Assembly: GCA_021613535.1 (NCBI GenBank) | Contig: CP075497.1 | Span: 8,990,001 to 9,054,000, forward strand | DNA length: 64,000 nucleotides | Reading direction: 5' to 3' | From: Adineta vaga | Lineage: Eukaryota; Animalia; Rotifera | Shown here: piece by piece, positions 1 through 14,828 of the stretch | Numbering within the stretch: position 1 is the stretch's first letter | Layout of the letters: each line of letters begins with the position of its first letter | Notes under the pieces: model-generated | Told to the model about the DNA's origin: nothing | Seen by the model: only the letters and a program-made list of their open reading frames with translations | Databases searched by the model: none | Program-made: the position numbers and the translations under genes

Positions 1-2396
1 GGTGGATTAACTACAGTACCTTTACTTGTTTTATTAGGACTTGACTCTGTATGTATTTATTTGATAAATGAATAAAATTATAGAAATTTTCGTTTTTTCT
101 CTCTCTAGAATGTCAGAGATGATGGAACACATTCATGGAAATTAAAACATTTCAATAAACCAGCCTATTGTAATCTTTGTTTAACAATGTTAGTTGGTTT
201 AGGCAAACAAGGTTTATGTTGTACATGTAAATTCATTTGAATTGAAATGATGATAAAATATATAGAATGTTTCTGATTTTTAGTTTGTCGATATGTAGTA
301 CATGAACGATGTGCTAATCGAGCACCAGCTAATTGTATATCAACTTATACAAAAACACGTAAAGTTGAAACGACCATGTTACATCATTGGATTGAAGGCA
401 ATTGTCCAGGAAGGTAAGTTAAATAAACGATCTTTTCAATATCTTGCTAATGTTGTTTTCTTTGAAAGATGTGATCGATGTAGAAAATCGATTAAAACAT
501 ATAACGGTATAACTGGTCTGCATTGTCGTTGGTGTCAAATGACATTACATAATAAATGTGCCTCACAATTGAAACCCGAATGTACATTAGGTCCAAATCG
601 AGATCATATTATTCCTCCGTCATGTATATGTCCAGCTGTTTTGGTAAAGAAAAGAAAAAGTTTTCGATAGAAAGAGAATGATTTGTTTGTGATGATTTAG
701 GAACGACCGAAAGTTCCACGAAGTGGAAATGGTCTTAAACGAGAAGAATCCTGTGTTGAAGGATCAATTCAATCTTTTCAAATAAATCCATTACCAAATA
801 CACATCCATTATTGATTTTTATTAATCCAAAATCAGGTGGTAAACAGGGAGAACGGTAAGTGTAAAGATTTGATTGATAAAAGCTTGATAGAATCGATTT
901 CTTTTTTCAGTATTATGCGTAAATTTCAATTCTTATTAAATCCTCGTCAAGTATTTAATTTAACAAAATCTGGTCCAATGCCAGGGTAAATTCACTTCTA
1001 TCTAATCATTTCATTCGATTTTACTTCTTTATATTTAGATTACAATTTTTTAAAGATGTCGAAGACTTTCGTGTGCTATGTTGTGGTGGTGATGGAACAG
1101 GTAGAATAAATTCCAAATCGTTTCTTTTTTCAAACTCTACTGTTTATTTTAGTGGGTTGGGTACTTGATGTGATGGATAAAGTCCCATTTGTTCGTCGAG
1201 CACCGGTGGCTGTTCTTCCATTAGGTACAGGAAATGATTTAGCTCGATGTTTAGCATGGGGTGGTGGTTATGAAAATGAAAGTTTAAATAAAATCCTGAA
1301 GAAAGTTTCACAAGCACCGGTGGTCATGCTCGATCGATGGCAAATTGAGTTTAGTACACGAACTGATACCGAAGAAAAAGGCGATGATATTCCATACAAT
1401 ATAATTAATAATTATTTTTCTATTGGTGTTGTAAGTTATCGAAATGAGAGGAGAAAACAAAAAATGATGAAAATCAATCGTATTTAGGATGCTTCAATTG
1501 CCCATCGATTCCATTTAATGCGTGAAAAACATCCGGAAAAATTTAGTAGCAGGTTGAAATATTTTCATGATTGATATGATTATTTTAAAGAAAAAATGTT
1601 TATCTTTAGGATGAAAAATAGATTATGGTATTTAGAATTTGGTACATCTGAAGCAATTTTTTCTACATGTAAAAATTTACATGAAAATATTGATATTATG
1701 GTAAGTATTCTATCTGCTTTTCTTTATGTAATTGTATAGTTGATATTCATAGTGTGATGGTGTTTCACTGGATTTATCGAATGGACCATCGTTAGAAGGC
1801 ATTGCTTTGTTGAATATTCCGAGTATTTATGGTGGAATATCTCTATGGGGTGAAGGTCATCGGCATAAAAGTCGTAAAATGCCTTTGAATTTCCAGCGAA
1901 AAGATTCGTATGTATATATAAATCTTTGTTGTTTAATTCTATTAATCATTGTCTGTTTGTTTGTTTTTTCAAAGGGAATTTTCAACAAGTTCAACGTCAG
2001 ATATATCATTTGTTTTGCAAGGTAAATGAATTCAGATTTTGATTAATATAATTTTCTGTTTGTTGAAGATGTGGGCGATAAATTAATTGAAGTTGTTGGT
2101 GTACAATCGGCTATTCATGCTGGTTCTATCTATGCAGGTGTTCGTTCAAGTGCTAAACGTCTCGGTCAATGTTCATCAGTTGTGATCAGGTTAGTCGAAA
2201 GAAATTTAACATTGATCTGACCTCTTTTTATTAATGATTGAATAGAACTCGGAAGAGTTTCCCGATGCAAATCGATGGTGAACCATGGCTTCAACCACCA
2301 TGTACAATCTCAATAACACATAAAAATCAAGTTCCAATGTTAACAGCACCACGAAAAGAACATAAAAATAGTCTATGGCGTATATTTAAAAAATAA
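1..2396 (+). CDS. Diacylglycerol kinase, type I (alpha/beta/gamma-like); 5' end outside window; ~14 exons
   Basis: Spliced translation gives [15 protein letters not shown], two C1 domains ([17 protein letters not shown]...; [15 protein letters not shown]), the catalytic [12 protein letters not shown] / CGGDGTVGW / [13 protein letters not shown] motifs, accessory [10 protein letters not shown] and PMQIDGEPW; stop TAA at 2394-2396. Confidence 0.93.
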
Positions 2397-2785
2397 TGGT
2401 TTGAAATAATTGTGATAATCAGATCATGATGACTATAAAACACACACATACAAACTATTTAACATCCATTTCATCCTTCCTTCTTCTTCCTATTATCTTC
2501 TATTTCTGAACAGTGATGGTTCTAGTCTGATAGGTATTATTCTTATTATTAATCTCAATCACGCAAAAAAATGTGTGAATGTGTATATGTGTAATGTTTT
2601 GGCAATTAAAAAAAAACTCTATATGTATGTCAAACAAATTTAGCAGTTGGTAGTCTCTTGGTGTGGATTGTACTGTTTTTCTTTTCATTTTATCGTTAAA
2701 TTCATTTATATGTGTATTATTGTATTTTTCGTCTTTAAACAAAACACGCACGCACACACACAGATGCATAAATGAGTGTTAGAAA

Positions 2786-4498
2786 TTAATGTGAACATGC
2801 ACGAAAAAGTTGTATTGGATCAGTAGAAGATTTTCGTAGATCAAGTAATTGATTTGGTCCACTTGTTTTAGCTAATGAATCTAATCGAGATTGATTTGTT
2901 GATGTAAATAGAAGTAAAACACTTAATGGTAATAAAATTAGATAAATAAAGAATAAAATACGATCAATAATCATTGCAATTTCTTTAACAGATCGTTTCG
3001 TTTTTGATTGAGGAGAAAATATTGGATGACGAAAATCTAATGTTGCTGCTGTTTTAAGTGAATTACGTCGTACGAATAAATTCAATAAAGCTTGTCGAAA
3101 ATATCGAATATCATGTAATAATTCCACCGCATCAATATCGGTTTGTTCAGGTAAATGTTCATGAATATTTCGACGTTTTTTCAAAAATTTCCATCGTTGT
3201 TTATTCAATTCAATTAATGATTTATGAATACTAAATACAACACTTTTCTTTCGTTTATGTTGTTTTGGTTGAAAGGAATATTGTTGATGATAATAAGTAA
3301 AAACAGTAAACGTATTGAATACACAGGAAAGAAAAACAAGAAAAAAAACAGCATTGGAATATAATGTTAATGTACAAATGCCTTGTTCAGTTTTGGGTAC
3401 ATCACTTGATATTAATTGAACATAGAAGACTAAAGATAAAAGAACACTGACGGTCAATGCAATTTTTTCTCCACTATCGGTTGGTAAACAAAATGAAAAG
3501 ACTGCCAGTGCAGATATAATAAAAAATGGAACGATAATTTTTAAAATATAAAAACGTGAATATCGAACAAGTTCAATATCGATTTGTAATGTACTGAAAT
3601 TATTTTGATAGTAAACGTTATATATGTCTAATTCTTTAATTGTTGCATGAGATATTTCCCATTCAGTTGTTATATAATTATATAAACGTACAACATTATA
3701 TAAACTACGTAAATTTAATTCACTTGAAGCATAAACAGTTGATTGAAGTTGTATTGAACAATGTTGACGATCAAATGGAAAATTTCGAACATCAATTTCA
3801 CAGAATGAAACAAGTTTGTCTTGATAAGACCAACGAACATTACCTGTACAAACAACAGATATGGGATATTGAAGTTTTAATTCTTTTGCTGATTGACGTG
3901 GACCATTGAAAGCAAGAATATCCGGTGTCCAAATTTCATGAGCAGTAAAGAAGATTTCCGAACGATTACCTCTGACACACGCTTGTTCAGTTGAATTCCA
4001 TTGTAAAAGACTGTCACACCATTTTAAATCGAAATTGACATTTAATGTAATTACCTTTAAAAACAAAAAGGAAAATCGATTAAAAAAGATGATGACTTTA
4101 TTTTGTAGAGATTATTGTTTGTATATGAACTAAGATAAGAGTCATTATGTTATATCCGGAAGATATATCTCTTTTATTATTATTATTATTACATCGATAT
4201 ATTATTCATCTTTGAGATTTATTTCTTTTTATTATAGTTATTCTATATAAAAATGATTCTCTATGAAAACACAAACCTGCTTTTGTGGATCTAAACCAGC
4301 GACTTCAATAATTCCTAAACCGATTGCAACTGTTGTTCGACTTTTATTTTTTGTTGATGGTCTTGTTAAAATTCGATCTTCATAAAGTTTGGCAATACGA
4401 TTTCGATTCTCTTCAATATGATTGTATTTTCTAGCATATGTTGTCATTAATGTACTAGTTAATATTATTGACAGAATAAATCCATATATTGACTGCAT
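2786..4498 (-). CDS. Divergent Cys-loop ligand-gated ion channel, nAChR-like non-alpha subunit; 2 exons
   Basis: Signal peptide in the 4238-4498 ORF, one intron ~4055-4276, WTPDI loop A, Cys-loop CEIDVRNFPFDRQHC, M1-M3 with PTDSGEKIAL, and M4 IAMIIDRILFFIY. Confidence 0.9.
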
Positions 4499-5945
4499 TC
4501 TTTGACTATTCTCTTTTGATCAAATGAGATCGATTGAAGAACTGAAGAAAAAAAACCTCTTCTATCATTTCCATAATCTCATAAAAAACATGACGGCATT
4601 CATTATAACCGAAAAGATGGCTTCGAGCAGAACGCAAATGTAGACAAAAGAAATAAACATATTGTATTTCTATATTCTGACAAGCTTAGTATTGACTCTT
4701 TAGATCTTTCTCTTCTTCGTTTTTGAAGCATAAGCAAAAGACTCATAATCAATTTTTTCTTCTGTTATATTGTACTTCCTTTTTGTTGATGCATCATTTT
4801 GTAACCAATCCTGATAAAAAGATAATTCAATATAGAATTCATTTGTTTTTCTGAAATCGATAAAACATTTCATTCAATACTATAACAAGACTTTCATCAC
4901 AGAAACGATCGATGTCGTTCATTATTCTGTATGGCAGTGTGTAAAACTGATCATGGCGAAATCTCGGTAAAAAAGATATAATAGATCAGTTATAGTTTCT
5001 AACAAATCAGAATAGTATATTGAAAGATTGATATTTTCGATTGTAATAACGTGACAGAATAATATAACTAATGAATAAAAGAATACGTTTCGAGAACAAC
5101 TTGTATAACCTAGTATCGATAGGAACAAATTGATTATTAACAGCATCCGCTTATCTGTTTGAGAAATCTTTTTCAAAGAAATTCAATTGTACGTCATATG
5201 ATTGAACGATCCTTCAACAAATGTAATTATCTTGTGGAAAATTAGAAGAAGATCGTCTTCCAACAATAACATCCGATTTCATTATAGAGTTCGAAATACT
5301 CTTTAAAAAAAACTTTTCTCGACGACTTTACCAAATTCTATCAATTATCTCTCCTTGTAAGAAGAACTATTCTAAATTAATACAGAGTACAATAAGGAAA
5401 TGTGAAAAATAACGACAAAATATAGTGTTAAGTTGACATATACTGATTAATGATACAAATATGAAAAAAGAAAATATATTACTGACATGCTTCATGATAA
5501 TTCATTACAGTCCTTCTTTATTCACAATTTGTATCTATTTTACTCTGATCATATTGATCACTGAGTACAACCAATTTCAAAGCTAAAAAGTACATTACTC
5601 TAATCCAGTTTCAAGACGAAAATATTTTTCGATTTAAAAAATTTTATTTTATTTCTATGTCTCTTCTCTATCTTATTGATTGATAAATGATCAATTGAAT
5701 CAGTCGCAGTATTCGATTTCAAAAAGTCACATTGATATACTACTCATTTTTTAAGAAAATAAATTACGAAATTTGAAGTATTATTCTGCTTTCATCAGAT
5801 CAATTAATTGTGATTAAATAAACACAGCTGGATACACACAAGAAGATGGAAAGAATAAAATCTTGAGGATTAGGTATTTCATATAAATGAATATTGAATT
5901 GCAAATATTTTTCATAGACTATATTCATCAAAGGTCACTAAAAGT

Positions 5946-6985
5946 ATGAAGTTGATCACAAATATCGGTAATTACGTTATATTTGATAAAAATTCCTTTT
6001 AATTATGAAATTATTTCTTTGAAATTAGTTCGAACCAATGTAGTTTTCTTAGTATTGATCAATACTCGTAAGATCAAATGGAATAAAAAAAATATATATA
6101 TTCATTAATTAATTATCTTTGATTAGTATCAGCCCAAATGTATGAAAAATCGATCAATTGGGATAACTATGCGCATAAACAACCATATACGAATATTATG
6201 GCGCGATCAGATTTCGGATCTGTTACCGGATGGAATACAAATCGTGCAATGATATCAAATGGTGCAGTACGTATTACAGTTGAGAAGAATGCATTATCTG
6301 GTGCAGGAGGACTTATTTCAAATACGAGAATTCCTGATGGTTCTGCATATGAATTAGATTTTGATGTACGATTTCATAGTGAATTTGATTGGAGTCGTGG
6401 TGGAAAAGTTGGTTTCGGTTTTGGAATTGGAAATGGTAATACCGGTTGTAATTTACCAACTGATGGAGCAGGTGGTACACTTCGTTTAATGTGGTATAAT
6501 AATCCAACAAAAAAACGAGTCTATTTTCATCCCTATCTCTATTATCAAGGAATGCCTGGACCATGTGGAAGTAATTTTGGAAAATCTTATCCATCAACAG
6601 GTACAGATTTTCATATTCTATTCAACTATATTCTCGTTTTTCGATGACAGGTAGTATTGAAAAAGGTAAATGGTATAAAGTACATATGTATGTTAAATCC
6701 AATACTGAATCAAATACTAATGGACATGTACAAATTAAAATCAATGGCGAAGCAGTAATTGATCAGAGTATACGTTGGACAACCAATGATAGTCGTCGAC
6801 TTATCAACAATTTATCATTTCATACGTAATTTTAATCTTTCATTTCGATTTCGTTGAATAAAATCTATTAATTTGTTTTCTTTTTATCGAATAGATTTCG
6901 TGGTGGAAAAGGAGATGAATGGAAATCTGGTACAGATGGTTATATTTATTATGATAACTTGTCTGTTCGACAAATTAGTACATAA
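5946..6985 (+). CDS. Secreted polysaccharide lyase, PL14-like (alginate/polyuronide lyase fold); HGT candidate; 5 exons
   Basis: Exons ~5946-5967, 6029-6067, 6127-6601, 6652-6825, 6895-6985. Motifs YELDFDVRFHSEFDWSRGGKVGFG, GGTLRLMW, YLYY, GKWYKVHMYVKSNT, FHTFRGG and YIYYDNL resemble PL14 (F-x-x-G-G-K, R-x-M-W, F-x-G-G). Confidence 0.75.
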
Positions 6986-7067
6986 AAATGAAATTTACTA
7001 ATTATATTGAGTGGAAATATTCTTTCTTCTTCTAAAATAAATGAGAAAGAAAATTTAGAAATTACAA

Positions 7068-7901
7068 TTAAGTCAAAACATCAAGTGAACGTGAAAATTC
7101 CGATGGTACGCGAATATGAAGGGTATTTTTTGTCTGTTGATCAGAAGGAATGGTTACATTTGGATATCGTTCACACACATATGGAATATAATTGAGAAGA
7201 TTTTCGTGTGCATAGGTTGTAATTGACGATGGTTGAATACGAATAGGAGTTGAAGATTTTGTATAATGATTTTGTAATGTATCTAAAATTAGATGACGAA
7301 TATTCATTGAAATAGGTTGACCAACAAGCGCATGTTCATTGGAAATATCAATTAAAAACATATCAATAGGTGTTGATGCAGAACGTTTGATAAGACGAGA
7401 TTGATCATCGAGTTTTGATTCAGATAAATGTTCATTTGGATCTAATTTTGTTGTACATTCAACATATGTCACTGTTCGATGTTCATCATCGTTTTTAGTT
7501 GAAATAGTATCAGATATAGATGTTACTTGAGATTGATCTGTACTATGAATGGAAGGTAGTAGTGTAGCATTCGAGTAATTGTAAGCTTGAGCAATATATG
7601 GATTAGAAGAATATTTATGGGTAATATTGCTTTCGTGATTATAAGGTAAATAAAAGGCTGTGGGAACAAGAGGTAAATCTGAAAATTTTCGTATTTGCTG
7701 ATGATGTGGTATATGATAGGGATAATGAAATGAGAAAGTATTTGTAGGTTCACGAGTGATCACTGAACATTGTGTTTTATCACTTGAAGTTACTGGTGAT
7801 GTATTTGTAGTTGATATCACTGTTTGAGCATAATCTTTCGGAATGATGGTATGATTATGAGCGCGTTTTTTCTGTTTACATATTGATAATACTAAACCCA
7901 T
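7068..7901 (-). CDS. Uncharacterised protein with N-terminal acylation-like motif (MGLVLSIC)
   Basis: 277-codon uninterrupted ORF from the second Met; S/T/H-rich; no family recognised. Confidence 0.6.
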   Translation of the reverse strand: MGLVLSICKQKKRAHNHTIIPKDYAQTVISTTNTSPVTSSDKTQCSVITREPTNTFSFHYPYHIPHHQQIRKFSDLPLVPTAFYLPYNHESNITHKYSSNPYIAQAYNYSNATLLPSIHSTDQSQVTSISDTISTKNDDEHRTVTYVECTTKLDPNEHLSESKLDDQSRLIKRSASTPIDMFLIDISNEHALVGQPISMNIRHLILDTLQNHYTKSSTPIRIQPSSITTYAHENLLNYIPYVCERYPNVTIPSDQQTKNTLHIRVPSEFSRSLDVLT

Positions 7902-8929
7902 ATGTGAATGAAATGATTTATTCAATTCTTTTATATAATAGCTATTTTCGTTTGTATGGAAAGAGAATCAAACAGATTCAAGATTTGTTGTTTATTATAT
8001 TGCAAAGTAACACCAAAATTGGCCATGCACTTTTCGAAAAAAAAAAGTTGAGAGCAAGAGAAGACAAGTTTTTGCCATATCTCTACACACATGTATACTA
8101 TGTATTTATAGATCCAACAACAAATATATGGCAATATGTCGATAGCAATGCTGATGAAATTCAACACCAAACTATCTCGATACAGTCATTTATCGGACAT
8201 AGATATATTTGTTGACTGAATTTAAATAAGTTCCTTCTGTATGACTTTAATTGTTATACAGAAGGCACCTATGTGTGAACTTTTAATAAAAATTTACATC
8301 ATAACCTTTTCTATATCATGTCTCAATTTTAAACTTAACTAGATAGGATTTGAATATATGTGTGTATGCATGAAGACTATCGAATCAAATTAAAGGAAAA
8401 ATATATTATTTTTTCTTCTTTTCTGTCTTATTAAAATGATAATCCCGATCTTAACACTTTCCCCTAGCGTCCTCTGTAGACAAATGAATGTGTTTTCTTT
8501 TAGAGGTTAATAAACAATGACTCAAGATGACGAGTGAATTTTCATTATTGACTTGACTGACTGATTGCATTGCACTTATCCATTCTGATTTCATTCTTCT
8601 CCTTCTCCATCGATACAATTATATAGATAGACGAGAATTTTTTAGAATTAATATGGCAGAAGAAGAGTGAGATTTGTAGGCTGTTCTGCTATTATTAGCA
8701 TTGCTACTCGCTTTTAATTATAATTTCCTCACCGAGATATCTATTCATTCTATTTAGTCTACATAAATAAAATGTGGACTGGCCGACATTAGGCTTAGGC
8801 ATCCACTCAAATTCATTCAAAAAAATAAATAAACATTCTTTTATTCGAAAAATTTCTGCTCTTGCTTTCCTACGATTTTAAAATTTTTTTTACCATTCTG
8901 CAATTAATTCTCTTATAATTTTTAGAACT

Positions 8930-10978
<2,049 letters not shown>

Positions 10979-11397
10979 AATCATAAATATATACATACGC
11001 ATTTATTTTTCTTATCGGGAGCATCAAAATCAATCATTAAAATTATTTTGAATTGTGCAATACCTTCGATGTTGACAAATATTCGTTTGTAAAACACCGG
11101 TTATCTTTTCCTATCGATACTATTAATATTCCATTAGTGAATGTGATTTTATCCTATAATTTATTTCATTTTATGGCTTTTTACTCAACAAATATATCTA
11201 TATATATTCAAATTCTTCTTTTTTTTTCCTTTATGTTTTTAGTTTATAAGTTACATCAGTAATTATGCAAGATATTATTTCAACATTCTGTTCTTTTAGA
11301 TTTTTGTAACTTTTATCGTTCTATATAAGTATAAACAATCGAATTCGAAGGTCGTTTGTGTAGTGAATCAAAGAGTTTATAAATCGTTTCTTATCGT

Positions 11398-11820
11398 ATG
11401 ACAGATCACGACATTATTCAACTTCGTTCAGCTGATCCATTTGCAGATGTGATCGGGCAAAATTTAGTGGATTCTGGAGCTGGTGGAGCAAGTGCCCAAC
11501 GTAGTTCCAATATAATCCATATTCGTATTCAACAGCGAAATGGAAAAAAGACTTTAACAACTGTTCAAGTATGTATCTGTTTACTTTTTCATATTATTTC
11601 ATTCTATTATCCGTCTTCGTAGGGTATTGGAGAAGAGTTTGATAAAAAGCGTCTTTTACGTGCATTCAAAAAGAAATTCGCATGCAATGGTACCGTTGTT
11701 GAACATCAAGAATACGGCGAAGTAATTCAACTTCAAGGTGATCAACGAACGAATGTTAGTCAATTTCTTCGAGAAATCGGTATTTGTCAAGCTGAACAAT
11801 TAAAAGTTCACGGTTTTTGA
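11398..11820 (+). CDS. EIF1: Translation initiation factor eIF1/SUI1; 2 exons
   Basis: IHIRIQQRNGKKTLTTVQG, KKKFACNGTVVEH, EYGEVIQLQGDQR, LKVHGF*; intron 11569-11622. Confidence 0.97.
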
Positions 11821-12060
11821 ATAAAATCAAGTTTTTTTTATTCATTATCATCAATATTGACATTCATTCATTCATTCGTTCGTTCATATCCAAGATAAAG
11901 ACTATATCAACATTGTTCATTCATGTGTTTGATTCCTTTCTTTTTTGTCTACAATGATTTTCATTTATTCATCTCAAAATATATATATACATATATACTC
12001 AAGAAAATATCTTCTCTTTTCAATTTCAGAAATCTCTAGAATAGAAAAAAAGAAAAGAAA

Positions 12061-13464
12061 ATGAATACAAATCAGACATCTATGTTAACAGATGAAGAAG
12101 CAACTCTCTATGATCGACAAATTCGTTTGTGGGGAGCTGATGCTCAATTGAAGTAATGTTCGATTCATTTCACTTCTCATCTTACGATCTGTTACTTTTT
12201 TCATTGCATAGACTTCGTCAAACACGTTTATTATTAATCAATGTTAATAGTTTATCACTGGAAGTGTGTAAAAATTTATGTTTAGCTGGTGTTGCTAGTA
12301 TAACAGTTTTTGATAATACACGTGTTACTGCAGAAGAAGTTGAAGAAAATTCAACATTAACAATGTCAACAAATGATATTAATGAATTCAAATCAATTTG
12401 TACTTGTCGAGTGTTACAACAATTGAATCCACGTGTACAATTAACTGCAGAATCGAAGATGACAATTGATCAAATCGATGAGAAATATATTGAACAATTT
12501 GATTACGTTTGTTTGTTTAATTATTATGATTTTCCAACGATTTCACATTTGAATAAACTTTGCCGTGGACAAAAACAAATCGATGAAAATGGAAAAAAAC
12601 AAGTGTACTTTTTTTGTGCTGGAACATTTGGATTATATGGATTTGTATTCAAAGATCTCGGTGATGTCTATGAATATCTCAGGTACTTTTTTGTTTTTGG
12701 CTTAAATAAGATTTTGTATCGTTCTGTTCATATCATTTAGTGAAAATTCTGTTGGAAGTGAATCATTAATCAAAGGTGATAGTGGTAATGAATCGAAAAA
12801 GAGTGAAAAAGTCACTACTAAATCTGTAGGTTTCCTTGTTTTTTTTTGTTCTATCCTAAATGATTTCATTTTATTTCAAGACTCGAAATTTTACTACTTT
12901 TGAACAAGTATTTGCTACCGAATGGAAACCAAATCGACGACAAGCAACAACTCGATCAGCTATTACAACATACAATTTATTACGAGGTAAATAAATGAAC
13001 TAACGAATCACTTGTGCATAGTATTTCGTGTAGCTTTTTTGGCATTTTATGAAAAATATCAACGATCACCTGCATCAGCAACACAAGAGACTGATATACC
13101 AAATTTAATAAATATTCTTCGAGAAAAAGCTAGTTTGTCAACTACTTCGGCTTCATCATCAAACAATGTCAATAATGATGAATTTAACGAGGAATTACTC
13201 AAGTAAAACATAGAATTTCTTATCAATTGATAATTAATTGAATTGTCATTTTAGAGAAATTCTAACAGATAACAATGCAGTCGCATCCATTGTCGGTGGT
13301 ATAATGAGTCATGATATAGTCAAAGTAAATATTATCTAATACAATCAATTTTATATGCATATAAATTTGTTCTTTAGGTAATCTCAAAACAAGAACCAAA
13401 AGATAATTTCTTTTTCTTTAATGGAGTAGCATGTGTTGGTTTATCCATATCAATCGCTTGTTAA
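12061..13464 (+). CDS. SAE1: SUMO-activating enzyme subunit 1 (Aos1); ~7 exons
   Basis: LTDEEATLYDRQIRLWGADAQ, EVCKNLCLAGVASIT, LQQLNPRV, GLYGFVFKDLG, VASIVGGIMSHDIVKVIS, NFFFFNG. Confidence 0.9.
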
Positions 13465-13625
13465 ACTTCCTTCTTTACATTCTAGAATATCTTATTACCT
13501 GTTCATATATTTTTTTTGTTAAAATTAAAAAAAAACACAATAAAATTCATGAATCAAATAAAGACAACATTTTAAGAGAATTGCTTTACTTGCTGGAGTA
13601 AATAATATTGAATAAAACATCGATA

Positions 13626-14344
13626 TTAAGCATTTTTATGAAGACCAAGTACAGGTATAAGAATGACTAAGATGATTACGCCAATGGCAACAGCAATAGA
13701 AACAAAAATTGTTACTTTCTAAGCGAAGAAATTTTCAATTTGCGTATAAAGAGAAAAAACGAATATTTACTCGTCGAGAAATACTTTGTGATGTTCGATC
13801 AACAACTTGTCGTTCATCTTGTGTAGTTCCTCCTTCGATAAAAGCAGTTTCAGCATTGACTGTATCTCGATCATTTCTGAACTCCTAGGAAAAAAAAATC
13901 GAGTTATGTAATAACATTCTATTACAATCAACAAAATATAATTTCCATACATTAGCAGTCAATGTATTATTTGTACGTTCGATCATATTGATTTGGATGT
14001 CTCTGGCTAGTTAGATGAAATTTTTGAGCGTAGAAACAAATCTTATCATCGTTAATGTTCCAGATAGAAATAGCAACTATCCCGTTCGAGCACTTCTTCT
14101 TCAACCACATGTCGGAAAGAACTAACAGGATTGGTCAACTATATCTAATGTCGTCTCTTTTTTTTCTCTTGCTTTCTTTCTTTCCGGTGCCAAATGGTTA
14201 CGGAACCCTTTTGTTTGTATATGGATCATTTCTCATCGAATTTTGATGTATTTCTCTATTTTTTCAAATGAATATGATTACATATGCTTTTCAATATAAT
14301 TCATGGTGCTTTCAATCATTGACAAACGAATGCTTACATGCCAT
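13626..14344 (-). CDS. Small (~90 aa) tail-anchored single-pass membrane protein, absent from the ORF track
   Basis: Four GT-AG exons (~14344-14338, 14007-13952, 13884-13771, 13718-13626) splice in frame to MASRDIQINMIERTNNTLTANEFRNDRD...SISRRKVTIFVSIAVAIGVIILVILIPVLGLHKNA*. The first exon is the least certain. Confidence 0.6.
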
Positions 14345-14828
14345 TTTCAACGACAATTGTTATTAGGAAAGGAGAGAAAAGAAATGTTTCGTACATTTTT
14401 TTCTCTTTTGCTGTTCTGTTTTCTTTCTCTTCTTCTTCTTCTTCTCTGCGCAAGAATTACTGTGAGTGAATAGTAGGAAGATTCAGCTGAATAGAATAAC
14501 CATCCATATATTTCTTCTTGCATTATGTCATCGAAAAGAGAGCGAGAAGAAATTGCCTGTTGTGTCCTTTTGTAGCCAATGTGATGCCATTTTCTGATCG
14601 ATATTGTTATTGTGCAAGTCGTTTCAAATCTGACTCATTGATAAAAAGTTTTTTTTTTCAAGTTCGATTTCAAAAATAGAAGGAAGAAAAATAATACGAG
14701 TATCAGAAGAGCTTTATATATGAATCATTACAAATAACCATAAATGCACTTCGTCTTTTTTTTTAGTTGATAGATTTTACTTTTTCTCCTCATTCGTCGT
14801 CGTCTTCTTCTTTTTTTTTTACAAAATT

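Noticed and set aside
4500-5940. Long intergenic stretch with short ORF 4922-5176, possible decayed element
   Set aside because: No recognisable domain, terminal repeats or consistent exon chain.
8774-8806. (TTAGGC)2 inside a weak GTGGA...TCCAC hairpin upstream of V-ATPase B
   Set aside because: Only two copies, too few for an interstitial telomere; the hairpin is imperfect and matches no RNA family I recognise.
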